A stretch of 64,000 bases of DNA from a virus: positions 16,308 to 80,307 of the IMG/VR virus record IMGVR_UViG_3300009425_000015. One strand, given 5' to 3'. The notes under the pieces were generated by a model that searched no databases, was not told the origin of the DNA, and saw only the letters and a list, made by a program, of their open reading frames with translations. Shown here piece after piece: positions 55,731 through 64,000 of the stretch; the stretch's first letter is position 1; each line of letters begins with the position of its first letter. A program made the translations under genes and the position numbers.

Positions 55731-56333
55731 TTATTTTTTGGGCGGGGGCCCGGCTGCACTAGCACCTATTCTTCCAGTACCTGGTGCAAAATTTATCCTA
55801 GATTTCGACTTGCTCGTCAATAACTGAGCCCAGTCGAACCTAATAGTTAACTCGATTTCTACAATATCGTCTGTTTGGTAGTCTAGCTGTCCAAAGTTGA
55901 CGCTCTTTATCCATGGGTTTTTCAATTCCCAAGCTTCGACAACTCCTTGTCCATCAGCGTCTATCTGCTTGATTATAACCGATCTGCCGATGGCTATAAT
56001 AGATTTCTTCTTTGAGATGGTGATAGGGGAAGCCATGTCTATTTCGTTTGGATATACGTATCCAGCGTCCTGCAACAACTTCATAAGAGTGACGGCGGCA
56101 TCTGGCTGAATTGGATCTACCAGAGTACATGATATCTCCGACCACTCAATTCTACCGGGAAAATAAAACTTATAGTTTAGAAATGAATGTTCCGACTCTG
56201 AAACCGTAAAGCTGGGCTTTGCTACCTTTTTCATCATCCATTGATCGATGCCACGAAAATTCATAACCCATCTATATGCTCTTTTTGGTTCAGTTACTGC
56301 GTCTGCCCAAAATCCTGTTCCTTGTGCTGCCAT
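55731..56333 (-). CDS. tail tube protein (gp19-like)
   Basis: EPKRAYRW, FPGRIEW, WELKNPWIKSVNFGQLDY, LTIRFDW; follows sheath. Confidence 0.88.
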   Translation of the reverse strand: MAAQGTGFWADAVTEPKRAYRWVMNFRGIDQWMMKKVAKPSFTVSESEHSFLNYKFYFPGRIEWSEISCTLVDPIQPDAAVTLMKLLQDAGYVYPNEIDMASPITISKKKSIIAIGRSVIIKQIDADGQGVVEAWELKNPWIKSVNFGQLDYQTDDIVEIELTIRFDWAQLLTSKSKSRINFAPGTGRIGASAAGPPPKK

Positions 56334-56396
56334 GTCTTAAAGTCTCCTATAAAGTATTATATATCCTAATTAGAGAAAATTAAATGTTTTTCTCTT

Positions 56397-59300
56397 TTAA
56401 TCTTCAAAAGCGGCGCCGGTATTGGTAATGACAAAGTCTACTGCAATGAATTCAACAGCACGTGCAGGCTTCAAGAATATCTTAGCATACATGATATTTC
56501 TGTCAACCAAATCTGGTGTTGTTGTAGTCGCGTCCAGCACAACCTTAAAGTCTGATAACCCAAAGCCTATCTTAACTCTTTCGAGGAAAGGACTAACTTC
56601 TTGAACAAAACGCTCCCAGGTTGTTTGGACATTCTGATCGAAGAGGAGCCTAGAAGCAATCCTAGAAACCTCTTTCTTGACATAAATGAGCAACCTTCTA
56701 ACGTTGATTCTATCAAGCGCAGATGGTGTAACTTGTAATGTCTTCTGTCCAAAAACGACTATGCCCTCTGATGGGAATGAAGCAATTGGATTTATGCTAG
56801 CATCATACAAGGTGTCCCGTTCCTTAGAAGTTAATTTCTCCGAGACTCCTAGTACCGATATGCCAGCGCCGCCTTCTGTGAGGCCTCCTCGGTTAAATCC
56901 TGCAGGCGCAAACCATAAAGCATCGCGGTTCTCTGTGTTTGCCATAACGCCGAGGGCGACAATCGAAGGTGGTGCCCAGACGCTAGCGTCGTTTATTTCG
57001 TCGTATATCTTAACCCATGGATAATATGTGCATCCATAGCTAGAGTTCAGTCCTCGGAGTTGAAACGCTGAGGCTACAGCGCTAGCGCCTGTGCCCAATC
57101 TAGCTGCAAAGTTGCTAGCACGCTGTTCGTACTGAGGAGTGTACACTTTGTCGATATCTATGATAGCGAGGGCGTCAGCTCTCGCTTCGCATGCGCTCAT
57201 GAGTTGCTTTGTCAAAGCATCGACAGTAATTCCTGGCATTGCCATCAAATTTGCTTCGACTACTTCAGGATCCGAAACGGAATCCAGGGCCCTGCGAACC
57301 GATGCGAATTCGTAACTATTCGTTTCTGATTTATCTCTTAGGACTCTGTTATTAAACGGCTCTGCTTCAGTAATATCTACTCCATCAAAACCGCCGAATA
57401 CTGGGGCTGTGAACTTATCAATTCCAGCAGCCAATATTGCTCGATATCCAGAATCAGTACTATTATCGTTAGCCTTTACCGCATTAAGTGACACGCCCCT
57501 CTCTCTTGAGCCGCTCGAGTGATAGTACGTATTGTTAGACGTTCCTGTCTGTATAATGTCATCCAGAGTGAACACCCACGAATACTGGGTTAAAGTGCTT
57601 GGAGTTTCTTTCTCTCCTGACGCGTCGACGGGTAGTGGGGATACATGATCCGCGTAAGACTCATCATGCCTTATACTGCCTGTTGATCTGTGAGTCCAAA
57701 CTCCGAAATAAGCATCCTTTTGGTTACTTATGGATCCGTGAGACGCTGACACTCTTAATGGCAACGTCGGGAAAGAGACATTTATTGTATTGTCGAAACC
57801 ATTGAACAAGCCGACTGCAGCAGGGCCGCCGGCGTAGACGGGATTTGCGGCGTCGCCCCATTCCTTTTGAGTGCCGAGCCATCCGTGTGATCCGGCAGTT
57901 GCTTTAAGAAGTGCGGCGTCCTTATATACTGGAATCCCTAGCACACCGAAAGGTAACAGTTCAGCCTCAGCGGAGCCCATGTCGACATCCGTATCCATCA
58001 CAACCCTAAAGTACTTAGAAAGATTCGGGTGACTGCCATACATTTTGTATCTTCTCTCTGTAGTACTCCAAGTCTGGTGCATATCCCCTATTTTTCTAGC
58101 TAAGTAATTCGAGGAGTTTGGATTTAAATTACAGTTTGAAAACTGCTCGACTATTTGGGGAGCAATATCTGAATCTCCCGCCTTCCTCACTAGCAAGCTA
58201 AAAGAGCCATAGGGATTAACACCGTCAGCGCGTGCAGCCTTTACGTCCTTTATCGATACTTTAAAATTCCTTTGTGTGTGGGATCCGGCGTCGTGAGCGA
58301 GAAGTTTAAAGAGCTTGGGCTGCTTTGACGCATCAAAGCCGCCACCGCCAGTAAAGCTCGTCGCAGTTATGCCTCCAAGGCCATCGATTATTGTAGTATT
58401 ACCGTTTGAACCAGCAGCTAGTTGTGTCAATGTCATCGTCTTCGCACCATCAGTGACAGCAACGTCTGGCCCTACTACAATCTTTCCATTATGTCCATTT
58501 GCGTGATTAATCGCAAGTTTAAAATCGTTTAAAGCGCTAGCCTGTGTAGCGTTCGATAAATTAAAGTTTACAGCAATACCACCAACTAGGCCTGCGCCAG
58601 CTGTGCTAGCACCAGTATCTGAATTTAAAGCCAAAACAGTACCTGTGGCTACCACTGAGTCCGCGCCATTAACGACTACATAAGTCCTGCTTGTTGTAAC
58701 TCCCTGTGCATCTTTAGCTACTATTGTTAAAGTTTCTTTTTCTGCCATTCCATGTGCAGCATCACCGTCAGCAATAGCAAGTGATCCCGCTGCCTGTGTC
58801 AAATCTGTTTCCATCCTCTGCGAGATGAACCAGTTTGTCTGAGCTGGCAACATGCTCTGGCGATAATCTTCGCCATCGAATGATGTATCTCCGAGAGGCA
58901 GCGTACATGCGAATGGGTATAAGCCAGAAGTTCTAGGTGTCATGGTGACATTGTTGATGTGATTCTCATAACTTTCGCCAAGCCAATATAGCTTCTTGTT
59001 AGCGACACTGACGATATCTTGGTTTGTCATGGCGGGATTTGTATTGAAAACTTTTCTTATGTATCTCGGAGATGTCTTTTTGAAGTTGAATGTTATTTTA
59101 TCTTTTAGAGTTGATCCGTCATAAACCTCAGCTGTCCACTCTGGTGCGGCACCACTAGACCAAGATGACGTCGTTGCCACTCCTCGGATAAGCATCTGAG
59201 CAGAAGATGTCACCATTGTTGATAAGCCGGTAGTGGGCACCGTTCTGGGGCCTAGTACCATTTGCCCCTTTAATCTTATTTTTACGGTATCCGAAGTAGT

Positions 59301-59819
59301 ATAAAATACCGCGCCTACAGTTGCCGAGGCAGCTGCTGCGGCGATGTTGCCATCGGTGGATCCGCCGGAGTTGCATGAGGGGTCATAATAATTTGATCCT
59401 GATGCTTGCCCAACCAACAGAGCGAAAGCATTGCTAGCTACCCAACCTGCTTGTCCGTCTCCGACGCCACCGGCTGCTACTACAGCTTTTTCGTCATCGT
59501 GAACGCCCAGAAGCCTAACGTAGTTAATTGGTGAAGAATTTTTAAGATATGCCTGAGCAGCGTACGCACCATAAGCTGGAGCCAGAAGCCCATTACCTTC
59601 TCTCCAGATATCTTGCCCTGATGAACCGGCTATAGGATCGCCAAAGATTTCTACAAACTGAGAAAAAGATTCTATTCTTACAGGACGCAATGCGGGGCCC
59701 ATTCTGGCTCTACCAACAATGACTGGCCCTATATCGTCTGATTCTTTTGCTAGTTGAGAGTTGTCTATCTCGTTAAGAAAGACTCCTGGTGATATAAACT
59801 TAAATTTCTTAGCTGACAT
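56397..59819 (-). CDS. tail sheath protein (gp18-like)
   Basis: SPGVFLNEID, YYPW, WFAPAGFNRG, INPIASFP, GQKTLQ, LDRINVRRLL, PARAVEFI. Confidence 0.95.
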   Translation of the reverse strand: MSAKKFKFISPGVFLNEIDNSQLAKESDDIGPVIVGRARMGPALRPVRIESFSQFVEIFGDPIAGSSGQDIWREGNGLLAPAYGAYAAQAYLKNSSPINYVRLLGVHDDEKAVVAAGGVGDGQAGWVASNAFALLVGQASGSNYYDPSCNSGGSTDGNIAAAAASATVGAVFYTTSDTVKIRLKGQMVLGPRTVPTTGLSTMVTSSAQMLIRGVATTSSWSSGAAPEWTAEVYDGSTLKDKITFNFKKTSPRYIRKVFNTNPAMTNQDIVSVANKKLYWLGESYENHINNVTMTPRTSGLYPFACTLPLGDTSFDGEDYRQSMLPAQTNWFISQRMETDLTQAAGSLAIADGDAAHGMAEKETLTIVAKDAQGVTTSRTYVVVNGADSVVATGTVLALNSDTGASTAGAGLVGGIAVNFNLSNATQASALNDFKLAINHANGHNGKIVVGPDVAVTDGAKTMTLTQLAAGSNGNTTIIDGLGGITATSFTGGGGFDASKQPKLFKLLAHDAGSHTQRNFKVSIKDVKAARADGVNPYGSFSLLVRKAGDSDIAPQIVEQFSNCNLNPNSSNYLARKIGDMHQTWSTTERRYKMYGSHPNLSKYFRVVMDTDVDMGSAEAELLPFGVLGIPVYKDAALLKATAGSHGWLGTQKEWGDAANPVYAGGPAAVGLFNGFDNTINVSFPTLPLRVSASHGSISNQKDAYFGVWTHRSTGSIRHDESYADHVSPLPVDASGEKETPSTLTQYSWVFTLDDIIQTGTSNNTYYHSSGSRERGVSLNAVKANDNSTDSGYRAILAAGIDKFTAPVFGGFDGVDITEAEPFNNRVLRDKSETNSYEFASVRRALDSVSDPEVVEANLMAMPGITVDALTKQLMSACEARADALAIIDIDKVYTPQYEQRASNFAARLGTGASAVASAFQLRGLNSSYGCTYYPWVKIYDEINDASVWAPPSIVALGVMANTENRDALWFAPAGFNRGGLTEGGAGISVLGVSEKLTSKERDTLYDASINPIASFPSEGIVVFGQKTLQVTPSALDRINVRRLLIYVKKEVSRIASRLLFDQNVQTTWERFVQEVSPFLERVKIGFGLSDFKVVLDATTTTPDLVDRNIMYAKIFLKPARAVEFIAVDFVITNTGAAFED

Positions 59820-59870
59820 ATCTTTTGTTCTCCTACGCATTTACCTGGAAATATTTACAAACTTTTCTCT

Positions 59871-59880
59871 AGTAAATAGT
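59871..59880 (-). promoter_or_regulatory. putative late-promoter motif ACTATTTA
   Basis: CTA(A/T)TTA recurs upstream of sheath, tube and genes at 22121, 20013, 17127, 14188, 8667. Confidence 0.55.
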
Positions 59881-59910
59881 TTATCAACTGTCAAAAGGAA
59901 GACAATTTAG

Positions 59911-59944
59911 AAAAGAAAAATGGAGCCTGCCGAAGCAGGCTCCA
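59911..59944 (-). terminator. intrinsic terminator with cUUCGg tetraloop
   Basis: TGGAGCCTGC-TTCG-GCAGGCTCCA-TTTTTCTTTT. Confidence 0.9.
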
Positions 59945-59974
59945 TAGCCGGTAGGATTCACAGGAGGGCGGCTA

Positions 59975-62900
59975 TTAACCGTCAGTGATGTAAGAGATGA
60001 CGACGACGTCATCAGAATCAACAGCTTCGGACATAGCAACCGTATATGGATCAGTTGAAGTATAGAGGATGTAGTCGCATGCGCCGGCGGTGGCGCCACT
60101 AATTCTCTGAAGCATACCGTTGAGGTAAACCTGAACGGAATCTGCTAGAGGAGTTCTTGAAAGTGAGGCTGTCAAGCCGGCTGTCATTGCTGCTGCATCG
60201 CCAGCTCCGGAGCCATCGCTGGCAGACATGAAAGTATCTCTTACCCAGTTGATGGATAAAACACCGGCGGTGGAAACCAAACCAGAACCACAAGAAGCAG
60301 AAACAATATCTGCAACAGTGTCTCTCTTCATCGTCCCGTCTGAATCTCTAAAATATAGAGAATCAGATCCAACTGCTATACTAGCATCACCAGCACCCGT
60401 TGGAGTAATCGCACCATGGATTTCAACAACACCTGAGATGTCAACCGCGCCATTGATATCAATATCAGTCGCAGTGAGATCAATCTCAGAAGCGGCGACG
60501 ATACCAAGTGTTCCATCGGCAACAGAGTAAATGTATTCCCCACCCTGATCACGAAAACCCAATCTCATGCCAGAATTCAAGTGAACACCAACATCATTAG
60601 TGTGAGTAAGAGAAACATCTTTACCGGCGCCGAAGTTAAGAACTGCAGAGTCCGATAAAAGGTGCAAATCATTACCAACAACAGCATCTAAAGCAACGCT
60701 CAAACCACCGTCGGTTTGTAAAGAGCCGTCAGTAGTTGAAGTTGCATCGGTAGCATCATCAGTTTTAAGGATGCCAGAAAATACGCCAGTCGTGCCGACA
60801 AGGGCAGCGAATGAACCAGCTGCTGCACTATTGGCGCCGATAACTGTTCCGTCAATTGCACCACCATCAACGTTAACGCTATCACAGTGAAGCGAAGCGG
60901 CTTGCATCGCACCAGAACCAGAAATGGTTGTGGCAGTCACGCCAGCACTGAAAGTGCCAGTTGTACCAACGAGAGCAGCGAATGAACCAGCTGCAACAGC
61001 AGCTGCACCAATAGTAACTCCATCAATTGAGCCACCATTGAGATCCATTGTTGTGACAGCGCCCATGTCAGCGCAAGTCATACCAGCAACTGTCCAAGTA
61101 CTATCACCCTTAATGGTAAGAGCTTTGCTGGCAGCGGCAGTACCGAGAGTAGCGATATCAACATAGTTGAGTTCAGCTGCTGTGGCAGTCACTGTGACGC
61201 CACCAAGCAAAAGACCGTTAGTTCCGTCATGAGACGCAATATCGAAATCATAAGCACCGTCTTTGATAATAATATCACCATCAGCTTGAAGCAGGATTAA
61301 ATCCGTAACCGAATCGGATCCAATATATGAGCCATCATCAACTCTCAGCGACTTAAGGTTTGTATCACCGTCAGCATCGACTGCAAAACCTGGCATAGTG
61401 ATAGTGCCCATGGTAAGATCGCCGGAGCCGTCGATTGATGTTGCGCCAGCAATCGAACCACATCCAGTGATGCCTTGACTGCCCATAACTAGTGCCTCCG
61501 CTTGCGTACCAAGAGAAGTCAAGCTAGAATTAACAACTGCAGATCCAAGCGTAGTTGCATTAAGAACCGAAGTTCCAGCAATCTTGTACGCCTTTGTCGA
61601 AGCTACATCAATATCAACATTAGAGCTAAGTGCTGTATTAGCATGCACATACTTCCAGAAGAGGTTGGTGCCACCAGTGACATCAATCTCCATACCTGAT
61701 CCATCTGCGTTAGCTACAGAATCATTGCCCTTCGATACGGTAATCAAATCATCTGCAACAGTAAGAACTGTCGAGTTGATTGTTGTTGTCGTGCCGGTGA
61801 CAGTAAGATGTCCAGCGACTGTCGTTGTTGACGCACCACCCAAACCGAGCGTCACGTCGACGACACCGGCCGACGTCGTTCCCTGAAGCTGAAGTCCTTT
61901 TGCGAGAGTGCCATCATTTGCTGCAACGTAGAAATCTAAGCCACCCTGTTCTGCACCAGAAGATGCGTCATCAATAGTTGCGTTGATTCTTGCGAAAGTG
62001 TGCGCGTTGGTGGCGTCATCCTCACTAGCGAAATCGATGTTACCGCAGATATCTCCATCAGCTGGACTAGCTCCATTCTTATTGAGTTTAAGTGTGGCGC
62101 CCGTACCATCCGCATTTGTGTTTCTAAGCTCAAATACCGGAACGGCTGTGACAGCACTCTCCATCAACAAGCCCGAGTCGGGAACGTGAGCTAAAGTCAC
62201 TTCCGAATCTGCACCAAAGGCAATCTGAGCATTTTCTGATAGCAGAATAAGATCATCACCGATAACCGCGTCTAAAACAACACTCAAACCACCATCTGTC
62301 TGTAAAGAACCATCGGTTGTAGTAGTTGCATTGGTAGCATTATCAGTTTTAAGGATGCCAGAAAATACGCCAGTCGTGCCGACAAGGGCAGCGAATGAAC
62401 CAGCTGCTACACTATTGGCGCCGATAACAGTGCCGTCAATTGCGCCACCATCAACGTCAACACTATCACAGTGAAGCGAAGCGGCTTGCATTGCGCCAGA
62501 ACCAGAAATGGTTGTGGCAGTCACACCAGCACTGAAAGTGCCAGTTGTACCAACCAATGCCGCGAATGAGCCAGCTGCAACAGCAGCTGCACCAATAACA
62601 GTCCCGTCAATTGAACCGCCATTGAGGTCCATAGTAGTGACAATACCCATGTCGGCAACAGTGCGGCTAGCATTGGTCCAGTTATTAGCCATAGAGGCAA
62701 TACCAAGAGCGTTGATTGTGTCAATGTTGCGACTACCATCAACGACAAGAGCCTTTGAAGCTTCAGCAGTACCATTAGTAATACCATCAAGCTTCTCAAG
62801 CTCAGCTTCTGTCAATACAGCACTACCTATGCCAATTGATGTTACAGCAGTTATAGTACCAGCTGTAGACAAATTGCCAGCAGAGCTTAGTGTCATTTTT

Positions 62901-64000
62901 GCAGTTGCGGAAGACGCGGCAGTTTCTGATACACCCGCTGTAAATACTAATTTTGTAGCATTAGCAGATGCAGAAAATGTATCTTCCGCTATAGCGTGAA
63001 TACCAGCAGCAACTGTTGCACCATCTGTGCCGTCAGAGTCACCAGCTGCAAATTCAAGTGAAGCGATAACGTCTGCCGCAACGACGTCGTCCTCCTCAGA
63101 CTTCAGCTGCAGAACTATCGGTAGTCCGGCGCCGGATCCGGCATGGGTTAGTGTAAGTCCCTTGTCAGCAACATGGGTTAGTGTAACATCTTGATCATTA
63201 CCAAAATGAATAACACCAGAGTCACCTAAATATAGCTCTGCCCACTCAAGGGCCGCGCTGCCTATTTTTCTTGCGTCTGCCGATGATGGCACCAAGTCGG
63301 TGTTAAATGTTATTTGCGCATTATTAATTTTTGTACGAGCCACGTCGTCTCCTCCTGCTTCTGCTGAACCTCCGGACATACCACTAACACTAGTGTTGGT
63401 TGATCCTGATCCTGAGTTAACAGCTGTTATTGTTGTATTCCCACCTGTTCCGTGGGCGTCGTTTGTTAACGTAACTGAATTACTGCTAGCCACTGCCGTG
63501 AGGGCGATGCCAGCTGCGTTTATTGCATCTGCAATGTAGGTTGCAAATGCAGACGTCGACATTGTCGAGCCACTTGATCCTACGATATCCTCTGAAAACG
63601 GTGCATATGCCGTTTCATTTAAGTGCTGAAGGTGTGCTATGTCATACCCGTTGGAAATACTAGCGTGACCCGTTATCATACAGATTGCTGCGTCCAACGA
63701 TGTCCAACTAGCAGAACCATACCTCATCACAGTAACCGATAAGCCTATGCCTGCGGATCCGCGCTGAGTCGATATAATTCTATTCCAACGCGTCGTCTGA
63801 ATGTCGTTTGTTATAGCTAATGTGCCATTCGAAACAACATCATCCAATGCTGCATCAACGGCGCCAGTAAACTTATAATCGTAGGTGTACGATGCATGTG
63901 CCGGAACCATTATACTGTAGCTTGTAGCAGAATTTTTCCTAACTAGCTGTGTATATGTGCCAGAGCCCAATTTATCTGATACACCGAATGCGGTTTCGCC
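59975..64000 (-). CDS. giant Gly/Ala/Thr-rich tail fibre-like virion protein (5' truncated by window edge)
   Basis: Frame open to 64000; GGxIDGTVIG repeats; C-terminal VYLNG...DY module. Confidence 0.75.
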   Translation of the reverse strand, partial: GETAFGVSDKLGSGTYTQLVRKNSATSYSIMVPAHASYTYDYKFTGAVDAALDDVVSNGTLAITNDIQTTRWNRIISTQRGSAGIGLSVTVMRYGSASWTSLDAAICMITGHASISNGYDIAHLQHLNETAYAPFSEDIVGSSGSTMSTSAFATYIADAINAAGIALTAVASSNSVTLTNDAHGTGGNTTITAVNSGSGSTNTSVSGMSGGSAEAGGDDVARTKINNAQITFNTDLVPSSADARKIGSAALEWAELYLGDSGVIHFGNDQDVTLTHVADKGLTLTHAGSGAGLPIVLQLKSEEDDVVAADVIASLEFAAGDSDGTDGATVAAGIHAIAEDTFSASANATKLVFTAGVSETAASSATAKMTLSSAGNLSTAGTITAVTSIGIGSAVLTEAELEKLDGITNGTAEASKALVVDGSRNIDTINALGIASMANNWTNASRTVADMGIVTTMDLNGGSIDGTVIGAAAVAAGSFAALVGTTGTFSAGVTATTISGSGAMQAASLHCDSVDVDGGAIDGTVIGANSVAAGSFAALVGTTGVFSGILKTDNATNATTTTDGSLQTDGGLSVVLDAVIGDDLILLSENAQIAFGADSEVTLAHVPDSGLLMESAVTAVPVFELRNTNADGTGATLKLNKNGASPADGDICGNIDFASEDDATNAHTFARINATIDDASSGAEQGGLDFYVAANDGTLAKGLQLQGTTSAGVVDVTLGLGGASTTTVAGHLTVTGTTTTINSTVLTVADDLITVSKGNDSVANADGSGMEIDVTGGTNLFWKYVHANTALSSNVDIDVASTKAYKIAGTSVLNATTLGSAVVNSSLTSLGTQAEALVMGSQGITGCGSIAGATSIDGSGDLTMGTITMPGFAVDADGDTNLKSLRVDDGSYIGSDSVTDLILLQADGDIIIKDGAYDFDIASHDGTNGLLLGGVTVTATAAELNYVDIATLGTAAASKALTIKGDSTWTVAGMTCADMGAVTTMDLNGGSIDGVTIGAAAVAAGSFAALVGTTGTFSAGVTATTISGSGAMQAASLHCDSVNVDGGAIDGTVIGANSAAAGSFAALVGTTGVFSGILKTDDATDATSTTDGSLQTDGGLSVALDAVVGNDLHLLSDSAVLNFGAGKDVSLTHTNDVGVHLNSGMRLGFRDQGGEYIYSVADGTLGIVAASEIDLTATDIDINGAVDISGVVEIHGAITPTGAGDASIAVGSDSLYFRDSDGTMKRDTVADIVSASCGSGLVSTAGVLSINWVRDTFMSASDGSGAGDAAAMTAGLTASLSRTPLADSVQVYLNGMLQRISGATAGACDYILYTSTDPYTVAMSEAVDSDDVVVISYITDG
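60690..62655. repeat. ~370-bp intragenic direct repeat (about 60690-61070 and 62275-62655)
   Basis: Near-identical blocks offset by 1584 bp, e.g. atcagttttaaggatgccagaaaatacgccagtcgtgccgacaagggcagcgaatgaaccagctgct. Confidence 0.9.

Noticed and set aside
534-63539. Plus-strand ORFs in the track (e.g. 767..949, 13416..14063, 21619..22125, 46416..46940, 62508..62999)
   Set aside because: They are antisense shadows of well-supported minus-strand genes or the tRNA, with no motifs or RBS support.
1-64000. Alternative genetic code (stop-codon recoding)
   Set aside because: Conserved genes are full length in code 11, and TAA, TAG and TGA all end genes at expected positions.

Overview
64 kb segment of a very large contractile-tailed (myovirus-type) bacteriophage genome. 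It uses the standard bacterial code and essentially every gene is on the minus strand. In transcription order (right to left) it carries: (1) a tail module with a 5'-truncated giant fibre-like protein, sheath, tube, gp26-like chaperone with a probable frameshift extension, tape measure, tube-initiator, LysM/gp53-like and hub proteins; (2) a replication and nucleotide block with a PolA polymerase domain, divergent tubulin/FtsZ, gp32-like SSB, FKBP PPIase, RecA, 5'-3' exonuclease, DnaB helicase, class II RNR, GroES-like, ThyX, DnaE, dUTPase and IMPDH/GMPR; (3) host-like proteostasis and accessory genes (ClpP, GroEL, DnaK, glutaredoxin, Smr, YkuD-like lysin, HlyIII, a candidate type II R-M pair); (4) at 390-3870, an array of tiny MKVGDL-starting genes plus tRNA-Arg(UCU). 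The standout feature is that array. A near-invariant 13-nt core (TGAAAGTCGGTGA, minus strand) occurs 12 times. At gene-gene junctions it encodes the C-terminal E-S-R-stop of one gene and the M-K-V-G-D start of the next, often with a Shine-Dalgarno inside the preceding E-V codons. It resembles a modular, recombination-shuffled cassette system and shows apparent rearrangement scars. A Cys-repeat/vWA lipoprotein hints at a Myxococcota-like host. All functional calls come from motif recognition by eye; no database searches were run.
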